Shown: positions 37,758 through 50,081, numbered from the stretch's first letter. The stretch: DNA of 64,000 nt from Chthonomonadales bacterium (GCA_049967475.1 JBMFSQ010000002.1:128001-192000), one strand, 5' to 3'. Numbers and translations are program-made. The notes: a model not told the origin generated them from the letters alone.

Positions 37758-37786
37758 TTGACGCGTGTCCTGCAGCTAGGTATACT
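37758..37786 (+). promoter_or_regulatory. Sigma70 promoter for ogg-cysS
   Basis: TTGACG-N17-TATACT. Confidence 0.6.
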
Positions 37787-37801
37787 CGGCGCAAAGCGCA
37801 G

Positions 37802-38713
37802 ATGTCCTCCAATCCCTTCCAATGGGCCTCGGTGCCCGAGCAGGTTTTGAACCTGGATCTCACGCTAAGTTCCGGTCAGGCCTTCCGGTGGCGGCGGAAG
37901 CCGAACGGGGAGTGGCTCGGGTCCATCGGCGGCATCGCCGTGCACCTCAAGCCGGGCCGGGAAGGCTTCTATTGGCGGACCCTGCCGGAACCCAACCGGT
38001 GGGATGTGATTGACCGGTATTTCGCCTTGGACGTAGACCTCCGGGCGCTCCAGTCTGAATGGATGACCAGGGAACCGCGCATGGAAGCCATTGTGCAGAG
38101 GTTTCCCGGCCTGCGCATACTGAGGCAGGATGGTGAGGAGGTCGTGTTTGCGTTCCTTTGTGCCTCGTGCAACACCATTGCGAAGATCACACGGACGATG
38201 CACTCCCTGGAATGCCGATACGGGGAGCCCATAGCCGAGGTTGACGGCGAAGTTCTATGGAGGTTCCCTTGCCCCTCCCGGCTGGCCGCCGCCAAGGAGG
38301 CAGACCTTCGGCAGATGCTGTGGGGCTTCCGCACTCAGAGCGTGCTTGCCGTAGCCCGCTTTCTGAGTGAAGCCGGGCGCAGATGGCTGAACGCGCTGGA
38401 ACGGCAAAGTTACCGGGAAGCCCGCGCCCAGCTTATGAAACTTCCGGGCGTGGGCCGCAAGATCGCCGATTGCATTTGCCTCTTCGCATTGGGTCATAAT
38501 GATGCAGTACCTGTGGATACGCATATCCGGAAAGTAGCGGTCGCCATGTTCGCACCTTGCCTTGCCGCCCGCAGCCTCACCACGCGCACCTACGAGGCTC
38601 TTGCCGATGCGGTGCGGGAACGCTTCGGCGCCTATGCAGGATGGGCCCAGCAATATCTCTTTTGCTATGCGCGGGCGGGCCACTCAGTCCCTACAATGAG
38701 GATGCATTCGTGA
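37802..38713 (+). CDS. 8-oxoguanine DNA glycosylase (OGG1-like, HhH-GPD)
   Basis: TLSSGQAFRW, GLRILRQD, HhH LPGVGRKIADCICLF with catalytic Lys, PVDTH with catalytic Asp, YAGWAQQYLF. Confidence 0.92.
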   Translation: MSSNPFQWASVPEQVLNLDLTLSSGQAFRWRRKPNGEWLGSIGGIAVHLKPGREGFYWRTLPEPNRWDVIDRYFALDVDLRALQSEWMTREPRMEAIVQRFPGLRILRQDGEEVVFAFLCASCNTIAKITRTMHSLECRYGEPIAEVDGEVLWRFPCPSRLAAAKEADLRQMLWGFRTQSVLAVARFLSEAGRRWLNALERQSYREARAQLMKLPGVGRKIADCICLFALGHNDAVPVDTHIRKVAVAMFAPCLAARSLTTRTYEALADAVRERFGAYAGWAQQYLFCYARAGHSVPTMRMHS

Positions 38714-40125
38714 GCCAGCAACCTTTATACCTGTACAATACGATGAGCCGGACGAAGGAGGAATTCGTCCCGTTGAACCCCGGGCATGTAGGGATGTACT
38801 GCTGCGGGCCAACGGTATATAACTATCAACATATTGGGAATATGCGGGCCTATATCTTTGACGACACTCTTCGCCGCACCCTTCGATACAACGGCTTCCG
38901 CGTGACCCACGTAATGAACATCACAGACGTGGGGCACATGGAATCGGACGCGGACGAGGGTGAAGACAAAATGGAAAAGGGCGCAAGGCGGGAGGGCCTC
39001 TCACCTTGGGAGATTGCCCGCAAATATGAGGACGCCTTCTTTGCGGACACGCGGCGCCTCAACATCGAACGCCCCGAAGTCGTGTGCCGCGCCACGGAGC
39101 ATATCCCAGATATGATCGCGCTCATTCAAAGGATCTTGGAGCGCGGGTGTGCCTACATTACGCCCAATGCCGTGTATTTCGACACCTCTTCCTTCCCGCG
39201 CTACGCCGACCTCGCCAAGCTCGATCTAAGCGGCCAGCAGGCCGGCGCCGGCGGCCGGGTGGAAGTAACCGGAGAGAAGAGACACCCCAACGATTTCGTG
39301 CTCTGGTTTCTCAACCGGCCCAGGCACATTATGCAGTGGGATAGTCCGTGGGGCCGGGGATACCCGGGATGGCACATCGAGTGCTCCGCCATGAGCATGA
39401 AGTATCTTGGGGACACGCTGGACATCCATTGCGGCGGCGTGGACCACATTCCGGTGCATCACACCAACGAGATCGCCCAAAGCGAATGTGCCACCGGCAA
39501 AACATTCGTGCGGTACTGGCTCCACAACGAGTTCCTGATCATTGCCAAGAGCGATCTGGACGTCTCCCAAGACGCAGATACCGAAGCCGTTAAGATGGCC
39601 AAGAGCGGCGAGAATTTCATCACGCTTCAGACGCTGGTGGACCGGGGCTACGATCCCCTCGCGTACCGCTACCTGTGCTTGCAGGTGCACTACCGATCGG
39701 AACTGCGCTTCTCGTGGGAAGCTCTCACTGCCGCCCAAACCGGCCTCCGCCGCGTCTATTCCGTGCGGCCCGAACAAGATCCTTTGGCCGATGAAGCCCA
39801 ATTTCGCGACGCTCGTGCCGAGGCGCTGGCTGCTTTGAATGACGATCTTAATACGCCGCAACTCGTGGGCATTCTTAACAGATACGGCAGCTACCGCCTT
39901 TGGCGCGAGTTTGACGCCGTTCTGGGGCTGGACTTTGAGCGGCGCTCGCGCCCTGTTGACGAACCTCTCCCCCCTGAAGTACAGGCCCTGGTAGAAGAAC
40001 GGAACCTGGCCCGCAAGTCTAGGGACTGGGCCAAATCCGATGAGATACGCAATCGCCTCGTTGCCATGGGATACGAGGTAGGCGATAGTCCCTCCGGCAC
40101 TACGGTCCGCCGGAGGCCGGTGTAG
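38710..40125 (+). CDS. cysS: Cysteinyl-tRNA synthetase
   Basis: CGPTVY, HIGN, NITDVGH, PGWHIECSAM, HHTNEIAQ, KMAKS; GTG start overlapping the ogg stop. Confidence 0.96.
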   Translation: MSQQPLYLYNTMSRTKEEFVPLNPGHVGMYCCGPTVYNYQHIGNMRAYIFDDTLRRTLRYNGFRVTHVMNITDVGHMESDADEGEDKMEKGARREGLSPWEIARKYEDAFFADTRRLNIERPEVVCRATEHIPDMIALIQRILERGCAYITPNAVYFDTSSFPRYADLAKLDLSGQQAGAGGRVEVTGEKRHPNDFVLWFLNRPRHIMQWDSPWGRGYPGWHIECSAMSMKYLGDTLDIHCGGVDHIPVHHTNEIAQSECATGKTFVRYWLHNEFLIIAKSDLDVSQDADTEAVKMAKSGENFITLQTLVDRGYDPLAYRYLCLQVHYRSELRFSWEALTAAQTGLRRVYSVRPEQDPLADEAQFRDARAEALAALNDDLNTPQLVGILNRYGSYRLWREFDAVLGLDFERRSRPVDEPLPPEVQALVEERNLARKSRDWAKSDEIRNRLVAMGYEVGDSPSGTTVRRRPV

Positions 40126-40281
40126 GGAACGAGGATCCCCGCGTGTGTGGGTTGCTTGCTTACGGCGCCTGGGGTCGCAGCCCTGGTGCTGTAGGTCTAA
40201 CGGAACAGCGCAATTGAACACGGAGCCGAATAGCCGGCATACCCGGCGTTCTGATCCGATGCCGTTATCGAGGGTGCGGCT

Positions 40282-40849
40282 GTGCAGGTACCGCCGAAGC
40301 ATCCGTCTCCTGACGATGCCGCCCGCTTTGAAGCTTTGGTGCGCCAACATGAGGCCGCCATCCAGCGGGTTGCCTATCGTTATGTGCGGCAATCGAGAGG
40401 ATGCAGAAGACTTAATACAGGAGGCTCTGCTGGAAGCGTTTTCCGCCTTTGCGCGCTTCACCGAGGGGACGCACTTTGACCGCTGGGTGAGCCGCATCAT
40501 GCGCAACACCTACATAGACCGCGTTCGCGCACGGACTAGAGCGCGCATAGAACCGCTCGATGGAGCCTTCGACCACGCATCGGGCGAAGTAATCGAGCGG
40601 CACCTGGTAGATCCTTTGGCCAGCCCCGACGCCGCCCTCATGGATTCGACACTCGACGGGCCCATTCAAGAGGCGCTTCAAGCGCTCCCACCGGAATTCC
40701 GGATGGTAGTGGTGCTGGCCGATATTGAGGAACTTACCTATGAGGCAATCAGCCAGATGCTGCACGTGCCCATAGGTACCGTTCGCTCCCGGCTCCACCG
40801 CGGCCGAGCCATCCTCAAACAGAAGCTGCGCCAATACGTTCATCACTGA
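40282..40849 (+). pseudogene. ECF sigma factor with a single-base frameshift (or sequencing error)
   Basis: Region 2 FEALVRQHEAAIQRVAYR (frame of 40282) continues as MCGNREDAEDLIQEA...PIGTVRSRLHRGR in another frame; extra T at 40381 (CGT T ATG). Confidence 0.8.
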
Positions 40850-40866
40850 AGCAGGTACGGCCCATT

Positions 40867-41823
40867 ATGCCCTTAGCATCCAAGTGCGAGCTCAAGGTAT
40901 TCGCTGGGACGGCCAATCCCGAGTTGGCTCGCCGCGTGGCAGCCTGGCTTCAGATGCCGCTGGGAAGGCTGAGCGTTCTGCGCTTTGCCGACGGTGAAAC
41001 CAAAGTGAAGTTTGAGGAGAGCGTCCGCGGTTCCGATGCCTACGTGATTCAGCCCACGAGCCCGCCTGTAGACACACATCTCATGGAGCTGCTGATCTGC
41101 CTGGACGCCCTTCGTCGTGCTTCGGCTGCCCGAATAACCGCCGTGATCCCCTATTATGGGTATGCACGCCAGGAAAAGAAAGACGCTCCCCGAGAACCCA
41201 TTACTGCTAAGCTCGTCGCCGATCTCATCACGACCGCAGGAGCCGATCGGGTGATGTGCATGGATCTCCACGCCGACGCGATCCAGGGCTTCTTCAACAT
41301 CCCGGTGGATCACCTTACCGCCATCAATCTGTTCAGCCAGTACTTCGCGGGCCTTGGGCTCAGAGATATCGTGGTGGTGTCTCCAGACGAAGGACGTGTT
41401 AAAAAGACGCGCCGCGTGATGGCCGACTTGGGTGCGCCCCTTGCCGTAGGTTACAAACACCACCCGGGGCACGATGCCACAGAGATTACGCATCTGGCAG
41501 GCGACGTGTCAGGCCGCACCCCAGTCATCATCGAAGACATGATCACCAGTGGCTCCAGCGTGCTCCAGGCGGTAGACGCCCTCGTGGCCCACAAGTGCAA
41601 GCCTGAGATCTACGTGGCTTGCACGCACGGCATCTTCGCCGGAAACGCCGTGGAACGCCTGGCATCCCGTCCCGAGATCGCCCGCATCATCACTACAGAC
41701 ACTGTGCCCATCCCCCAAGAGAAGCTTCACCCGAAGATCGAAGTTCTCTCCGTGGCGCCTCTGTTCGGCGAAGCGATCCACCGGGCCAATCACGATCTTT
41801 CCATTACCTCTTTGTTCCACTAG
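40867..41823 (+). CDS. prs: Ribose-phosphate pyrophosphokinase family protein with divergent active-site motifs
   Basis: RFADGE, ESVRG, PYYGYARQ, DLHADAIQGFF, THG, SITSLF; altered KHH and EDMITSGSS motifs. Confidence 0.85.
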   Translation: MPLASKCELKVFAGTANPELARRVAAWLQMPLGRLSVLRFADGETKVKFEESVRGSDAYVIQPTSPPVDTHLMELLICLDALRRASAARITAVIPYYGYARQEKKDAPREPITAKLVADLITTAGADRVMCMDLHADAIQGFFNIPVDHLTAINLFSQYFAGLGLRDIVVVSPDEGRVKKTRRVMADLGAPLAVGYKHHPGHDATEITHLAGDVSGRTPVIIEDMITSGSSVLQAVDALVAHKCKPEIYVACTHGIFAGNAVERLASRPEIARIITTDTVPIPQEKLHPKIEVLSVAPLFGEAIHRANHDLSITSLFH

Positions 41824-42445
41824 CCCGTGCTCATTGCGCCGGGTCCGGGTATCCGCAGGCGCTGAGCTCTGCTTGGTCCACGCCGTGCCGCTTGAAACCG
41901 CGGATAGCGTTGCGGGCAAATCGGAAGCCGCGCCTCTGTAAACCTGGGCGGTGCCATGCCGTCGGCACAGATCACGGATCCGACTTTCATCGCGTCGAGG
42001 CGGTGCCCAACTCAGCGGGCAGGCCGGAGAGCGCCCTCGACGGAAAACTGCGTACCGCCATGCAGCAGGGAGCGGCTCCCAGCCCTAATGGCCAAACGAT
42101 TCCCACCATTGTGCCCGTCAGGATCACCAGATCGCACCGGCCGCCGATGGGTTGCAGGTAGGGTATCATCACGAGGAATTCCCAGGCTGTCGCCACCCGT
42201 GGCCGCGCGAGGCGGTAGAGGGCATCCGCGAGATCTTTGCGCCGCCAATTCCTGAGCCGCCCGATATCCCGTAGCTGCCCGATCGCCCCCATGTGCTTGG
42301 ACGCGGCCGCGCAATTTGGTATTGTGAAGTAGGCTCGAGATTTATGACGCCCGATCCTGCATAAGGCAGGCATCTCGCACCGATATATAGGGAAGGATTT
42401 TGCGCCGCACGCCCAGATGCGAATGGAAGGGAAAGGAAGCCTCCA

Positions 42446-44382
<1,937 letters not shown>

Positions 44383-44451
44383 GGCTGCGGTGCAAAGAGG
44401 CCTGCCTTCCTGCGCCGCGGCCTATACCGCTTCTGGTTAGGAGGATCCACC

Positions 44452-47226
44452 GTGGGTACTTTCAGCCAACCCCTTCATGAGGCTTTCCTATGCCTTCTGC
44501 CGGTCCCCGTCGCGCTCCTTTGTGCAACCGTGCTGTGTACCGCCGTACCTGCAGCAACAGAACCATCGGGAACCCTCGTTCTCTACGTGGCTCCCAACGG
44601 CAGCGACGACTGGAGCGGAAGGCTGCGCCTGCCCAACCCACGCCGCACCGACGGGCCGCTGGCCACCCTCCAAGGCGCCCGGGATGCCATCCGGCGCATC
44701 CGCACCCGCAATGATGCTCCCCAGCATATTGTGGTGAAAGTGGAAGCGGGAACCTATTCTCTTAAGGAGCCGTTCACTCTCAATTCCCAGGATGGAGAAC
44801 CGCAGGGGAGTGTCGTCTACGAGGGCGAAGGTACGCACCCGCCGGTGTTGAGCGGCGGCCGGCGCATCACCGGCTGGAAAAAGGGAACAAATGGGGTATG
44901 GACGGCCGAGATCCCCGAAGTTCGGGCGGGAACGTGGTATTTCCAATCCCTGTGGGTCAATGGCGAGCGAAGGCCAAGAGCGCGAACGCCCAACGAAGGG
45001 TACCTTCATGCCGCTGCCCGGGCCCCCCAGGGCTTCGACCCCCGGTCTGCCTTCATCTTCCGCGATGAGGATATCAAGAACTGGCCCGATCTGGAAGACG
45101 TCAACGTGATCATGTTTCACAACTGGGAAGCTTCGCGCCACCGCATCCAAAGCGTGGATGCAACCCATCACCTGGTGCAGCTTACCGGACCCGCGCCCTG
45201 GCCGCTCCTTGAAGCCACCGACCGATACATCGTTGAGAACGCTCCCGACGCCCTCGATGCACCCGGAGAATGGTATCTGAACCGCCACACCGGAACCTTA
45301 TCCTACATACCCAAACCGGGCGAGGACATGCACAAAGCGGTAGTCGTGGCTCCAATCCTGACGCAGCTCGTGCGCATCGAGGGAAACCCCGCCCAAGGAG
45401 AGTTCGTACAGAACGTTACGCTTCGCAACCTGGCATTTGAATACTGCGACTGGGTATTGCCCCACGAAGGCTACGCGGACCCGCAGGCAGCGGTGTCCAT
45501 TCCACCCGCCGTTGAGGTCAATGGCGCGCGTTCCGTGGGGCTGGAGCTCCTCGAAGTGTCCCACGTAGGAGGATATGGCGTAGGGTTCCTGCACGCGTGC
45601 CGGGACTGCGCGCTTATCCAGACGTACATCCATGACCTGGGCGCCGGGGGAGTAAAGCTCGGTGAAACGAGCCTGCCGCAGCAGGAAGATCTGCGCACGG
45701 AAAGCTGCCGTGTGGAGAACAACTTTATTCACGATGGAGGCAACGTCTATCCCTCGGGCTGCGGCATCCTGGCGCTCCAGACCTCGTACAACACGATCCG
45801 GCACAACGAGATCTCCGACTTCTACTACACCGGCGTGTCCGTGGGATGGAGTTGGGGGTATGCACCAAGCTCAGCCCACCATAACCTCGTAGCCGACAAC
45901 CACATCCACCACATCGGCTTCGCGGTCCTGAGCGACATGGGCGGCATTTACACGTTGGGTGTGGCGCCCGGCACCATCCTGAGGCACAACAAGATCCACG
46001 ACGTCGAGAGCTTCAGCTATGGAGGATGGGGCATCTATCCCGACGAAGGCAGCACTACCCTTACCATCGAGGACAACGTAGTCTATAACTGCAAGAGTGC
46101 ATGCTTCCACCAGCATTACGGGCGGGATAACCTCATCCGCAACAATATCTGGGCCTTCGGACGCGAATTCCAACTGATGCGCACCCGCAACGAAGACCAT
46201 CGCTCCTTTACCTTTGAGCACAACATCGTCTACTACACCCAAGGAGACCTGCTGGGAAGCAACTGGCAGGGCGGGCCGGACAAGTTCTCCATGGACTACA
46301 ACGTCTACTGGAATGCCGCCGGCAAGCCGGTCACCTTCCAGGGAGCCTCGCTTGCAGCATGGCAAGCGCGCGGACTAGACCGGCACTCCGTAGTGGCCGA
46401 TCCTCTGTTCGTCAATGCCGAAGCGTACGATTTCCGCCTAAAGCCGACCTCCCCTGCCTTGGCGCTGGGGTTCAAACCCATCCGGATGAACGGCTTCGGC
46501 CTGGAGGGCCCCAAAAACTGGGTAACCCTGCCGCTCCGCGTACGCAACAGACCGTGGGTCGTGCCCAAGCCCCAGCCGCCTCAACCCATTGCAGAGGATC
46601 TTGACCAACTTCCGGTGGGCTCGGCTCCACTGGATCTGCGCATCTACGGTGAAGAGAATGGAGCTTCCATACGTGTGGCACCTCGGCCAGACGGCCTTCA
46701 AGGCCATTGTCTGAAGTTCACCGATGCCCCGGGACTGCGCAACGCCTATGATCCTCACGCGTTCTACCTGCCCGATTATTCCGAAGGGACGGCCCGCTTC
46801 GCGTTCGATTTGTGGTTTGAGCCGTCGGCCGAAATGTTTGTGGAGTGGCGCAACAATGCATCGCCCTATGCCGTAGGGCCGTCGCTCTATCTCCATCCGG
46901 ATGGGCGCCTTACTGCAAACGGCCGCGATCTGCTGGATGTTCCCCCGCGGCATTGGATCCATGTGGAAGAGACGTGCGGGCTGGGGAGCCGAGCCAGCGG
47001 CCAGTGGACGCTCAAGCTCCAACTGGAAGGCCGGCCGCCGCGCATCTTCACAGATTTGCCGTGCTCGAAAGCGTTCCGTACGCTGGACTGGCTCGGCTTC
47101 AGCAGCATGGCAACGGACACTCGGGTATTCTACGTAAACAACATCCGGCTGACACTGCTTCCTGCAGGCCCGAAAAACTCCTTTGAGGGCCGGCGCGATG
47201 GAACCCGCGAGCCGGAGAATTCGTAA
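44452..47226 (+). CDS. Secreted right-handed parallel beta-helix protein (putative carbohydrate-active enzyme)
   Basis: Signal peptide; YVAPNGSDDWSG, GPLATL, LDAPGEWY, HNEISDFYYTGVSVGWSWG, DMGGIYTLG, GIYPDEGS; extra C-terminal beta-rich domain. Confidence 0.85.
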   Translation: MGTFSQPLHEAFLCLLPVPVALLCATVLCTAVPAATEPSGTLVLYVAPNGSDDWSGRLRLPNPRRTDGPLATLQGARDAIRRIRTRNDAPQHIVVKVEAGTYSLKEPFTLNSQDGEPQGSVVYEGEGTHPPVLSGGRRITGWKKGTNGVWTAEIPEVRAGTWYFQSLWVNGERRPRARTPNEGYLHAAARAPQGFDPRSAFIFRDEDIKNWPDLEDVNVIMFHNWEASRHRIQSVDATHHLVQLTGPAPWPLLEATDRYIVENAPDALDAPGEWYLNRHTGTLSYIPKPGEDMHKAVVVAPILTQLVRIEGNPAQGEFVQNVTLRNLAFEYCDWVLPHEGYADPQAAVSIPPAVEVNGARSVGLELLEVSHVGGYGVGFLHACRDCALIQTYIHDLGAGGVKLGETSLPQQEDLRTESCRVENNFIHDGGNVYPSGCGILALQTSYNTIRHNEISDFYYTGVSVGWSWGYAPSSAHHNLVADNHIHHIGFAVLSDMGGIYTLGVAPGTILRHNKIHDVESFSYGGWGIYPDEGSTTLTIEDNVVYNCKSACFHQHYGRDNLIRNNIWAFGREFQLMRTRNEDHRSFTFEHNIVYYTQGDLLGSNWQGGPDKFSMDYNVYWNAAGKPVTFQGASLAAWQARGLDRHSVVADPLFVNAEAYDFRLKPTSPALALGFKPIRMNGFGLEGPKNWVTLPLRVRNRPWVVPKPQPPQPIAEDLDQLPVGSAPLDLRIYGEENGASIRVAPRPDGLQGHCLKFTDAPGLRNAYDPHAFYLPDYSEGTARFAFDLWFEPSAEMFVEWRNNASPYAVGPSLYLHPDGRLTANGRDLLDVPPRHWIHVEETCGLGSRASGQWTLKLQLEGRPPRIFTDLPCSKAFRTLDWLGFSSMATDTRVFYVNNIRLTLLPAGPKNSFEGRRDGTREPENS

Positions 47227-47244
47227 CGCAACGAGAGAACGGCA

Positions 47245-47988
47245 ATGGATGATATACGAACGGCCGTAGTGACCGGCGCAAGTAGCGGCATCGGTGCGGC
47301 ATCGGCCCGCAAACTTGCAGCGGCGGGCTTTCATGTGATCGTGGGGGCGCGCCGGCTCGATCGCCTGCAGGCATTGGCCCAAGAGATCGGCGGCGTTGCC
47401 CGGTTGTTGGATGTTACCGATCCTTCCAGCGTTGAGGCCTTCTGCAGGGAAGTGCCTCCCCAATTGGCGCTGCTGGTGAACAACGCAGGAGGAGCCCTGG
47501 GATTGCGGCCCGTCGCGGAAGCGATAGACGACGAGTGGCAGACGATGTACGCATCCAACGTCCTTGGCCTCATGCGCATGACGCGCGGGCTGTTACCCAA
47601 TTTGCGGGAAGGGCGCGGCCACATCATCAACATCACGTCGGTTGCCGGGCGGGAAGTTTACCCAGGGGGAGCGGGATACACCGCAGCCAAACATGCGGCG
47701 CGCGCTGTAACCCAAACGTTACGAATGGAGCTGAACGGCGAGCCCATTCGCGTGACCGACATTGCCCCGGGACTTGTGGAAACCGAATTCAGCCTTGTGC
47801 GCTTTTATGGCGATGAAGCTCGCGCCAAAGCCGTGTACGAGGGCATGACACCCCTTACCGCGGAAGACGTGGCGGAGTGCGTTGTGTGGGCTGCGACGCG
47901 GCCGCCGCATGTGAACATAGATGAGATCGTAATCAAGCCCCTGGCCCAGGCGACTGTCCTCCAAGTTGCACGGCACAAGGGGCTCTAA
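47245..47988 (+). CDS. Short-chain dehydrogenase/reductase (YdfG-like)
   Basis: TGASSGIG, NNAG, YTAAK, PGLVETEFS, PPHVNI. Confidence 0.92.
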   Translation: MDDIRTAVVTGASSGIGAASARKLAAAGFHVIVGARRLDRLQALAQEIGGVARLLDVTDPSSVEAFCREVPPQLALLVNNAGGALGLRPVAEAIDDEWQTMYASNVLGLMRMTRGLLPNLREGRGHIINITSVAGREVYPGGAGYTAAKHAARAVTQTLRMELNGEPIRVTDIAPGLVETEFSLVRFYGDEARAKAVYEGMTPLTAEDVAECVVWAATRPPHVNIDEIVIKPLAQATVLQVARHKGL

Positions 47989-48042
47989 TCGAAGGCTGTG
48001 CCCCATTCCAAGCGGTGGGCCGAACAAACGCGAGGCATGATG

Positions 48043-48150
48043 TTGATGCAGCCGCCCAGATGCGGTATACTTATTGACGGATGATGATACGTACCATTGC
48101 GCCTTTGTCTGCATGGCGGTAGATGCATGCGGACAAGGGCTAACGTTTTT
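48043..48150 (+). promoter_or_regulatory. Promoter plus candidate attenuator (13-codon leader ORF and terminator-like hairpin)
   Basis: TTGATG-N17-TATACT (48043-48071); ORF MMIRTIAPLSAWR* (48081-48122); 15-bp stem 48101-48115/48126-48140 followed by TAACGTTTTT. Confidence 0.5.
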
Positions 48151-48320
48151 AGGGGTTCCTCGATGAGGGTCCTCGGAGGCGTAATAAAGAGACGAACAAT
48201 GGAAAACTCTTGCAGCGCTGCTATGCGCCGATGGCTTGCCATCCAGGGTGAGATGGCAGAACGCAAAGTGTGCCGCGGTACGGGATGCATCTTCGCCCGC
48301 GCGTCCAGGAACCACGTGCA

Positions 48321-50081
48321 ATGACCAATCTCGTACGCCTCATTCGCGAGCTTAAGCCGTATTGGCGCGTAATGCTGCTGGTGGGAGTGCTCACACTCGC
48401 CAGCGCTGCCTGCGGCCTCCCCGGGCCTCTAATCGTTCGCTATTTTGTAGATCACCTCATCAAGCGGCAACCGCTGAACCTTCCCCTCGTCTTCGCGCTC
48501 TTGGTAGGCATTGCCACACTCAGCGGCGCCATAGGCTTTGCCCTCACTCTAGCCATCACCTACTTGGGGCAGCGCTTCAAGTACGACATGCGCCGCAAGC
48601 TCTACAGCCATATGCAGACCCTCTCCCTGGGCTTCTTCGAGAAGAACCAGACGGGCAAGCTGATGAGCAACATCACCAACGATGTGGCAGCGCTGGACTC
48701 GCTCATCAGCGGCGGCTTCGTTACCCTAATTTCGGACACGGCGACGCTGGCCGCCGTGATCTTCATTGTGTTCAGCATGAACTGGCGCCTGGCCCTTGCA
48801 GCGCTGGCTGTGTATCCCCTATACATCCTCAACTACCTGCTCCACATCGGAAAGATCAAACGCACCGCCGATGAAGTGCGTGAGGAGCGCGACATCATGC
48901 TGGGGGATCTGCAGGAAAAGCTCGCCGGCACCCTTGTGGTGAAATCCTACGCCAAGGAGCGTTTCGAGGTGCGGCAGTTCGTGGGGCAGAACCGAAACTT
49001 GCTGGACCTCAACGTACGCCAGAATATCCTGGGCACGCGCCTGTGGACCATCGCCGAGTTCATCGGCAGCGGCTGCGGCACCGCCATCATTCTGTGGTAT
49101 GGGGGGCGGCAGGTCCTGTTGGGGCATCTTACGCCTGGAAGCCTCGTGGCGTTCGTAAGCTATATCACAAGCTACCTCTACGGCCCTACTCTGCGCCTCA
49201 TTCAGATCAACGACCAGATTGCCCGCGCCAATGCTGCCCTCAACCGCATCTTCGCCACCCTGGACACCCGCCCCAACATCCAGGATAAACCCGGCGCGAT
49301 CGAGCTGCCCCCCATCAAGGGAGAGGTTCGCTATAACGACGTGTGGTTCGAGTACGAACCAGGCCAGCCCGTAATTAAGGGAGTGAACCTCCACGTGAAA
49401 CCCGGCCAAATGGTTGCCCTCGTGGGGCATTCAGGCTCCGGAAAGACCACCATGATCAACCTGCTTTCCCGTCACTACGACGTTACAGCCGGATCCATCA
49501 CCGTGGATGGGCATGACCTGCGTGACGTGACGCTTCGATCCTTGCGCAGACAGGTGGGCGTGGTGATCCAGGAAACCATCCTGTTTAACACCACCATCCG
49601 AGAGAATATCCGATACGGCCGGTTGGAGGCCACCGATGCCGAAGTGGAAGAGGCGGCTCGCGCAGCAAACATCGCCCACGTAATCGAGGCTCTTCCCCGG
49701 GGATACGACACGCGCATCGGCGAGGAGGGCATCAAGTTATCCGGCGGCGAGAAGCAGCGCATCGCCATCGCCAGAGCCATCCTCTCGGATCCGCGCATCC
49801 TGATCCTGGACGAAGCCACCTCTGCTCTGGATTCCGAGACCGAGGCCATGATCCAGGAAGCCCTGGAGCGCCTGATGAAGGGGCGCACCAGTTTCGTAAT
49901 CGCCCACCGCCTTTCCACCATCGTCAAGGCCGATCTCATCGTGGTGATGGAGAAGGGCGTGATTATGGAGATGGGCAGCCACCAGGAACTGCTGTCGCAG
50001 GGAGGCATCTATGCCGGCCTTTATCAACAGCAGTTCAAGGCTGCGTTGGAAGCTTTGGAGGCTGAGCAGACGGCAGCATGA
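48321..50081 (+). CDS. ABC exporter half-transporter (TMD+NBD), subunit 1
   Basis: Multi-helix TM domain; [27 protein letters not shown]. Confidence 0.93.
   Translation: MTNLVRLIRELKPYWRVMLLVGVLTLASAACGLPGPLIVRYFVDHLIKRQPLNLPLVFALLVGIATLSGAIGFALTLAITYLGQRFKYDMRRKLYSHMQTLSLGFFEKNQTGKLMSNITNDVAALDSLISGGFVTLISDTATLAAVIFIVFSMNWRLALAALAVYPLYILNYLLHIGKIKRTADEVREERDIMLGDLQEKLAGTLVVKSYAKERFEVRQFVGQNRNLLDLNVRQNILGTRLWTIAEFIGSGCGTAIILWYGGRQVLLGHLTPGSLVAFVSYITSYLYGPTLRLIQINDQIARANAALNRIFATLDTRPNIQDKPGAIELPPIKGEVRYNDVWFEYEPGQPVIKGVNLHVKPGQMVALVGHSGSGKTTMINLLSRHYDVTAGSITVDGHDLRDVTLRSLRRQVGVVIQETILFNTTIRENIRYGRLEATDAEVEEAARAANIAHVIEALPRGYDTRIGEEGIKLSGGEKQRIAIARAILSDPRILILDEATSALDSETEAMIQEALERLMKGRTSFVIAHRLSTIVKADLIVVMEKGVIMEMGSHQELLSQGGIYAGLYQQQFKAALEALEAEQTAA

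Noticed and set aside
42362..42386. Sigma-28 promoter TAAG...ACCGATAT before gmd
   Set aside because: The spacer is 13 nt rather than about 15, and both boxes deviate from consensus.
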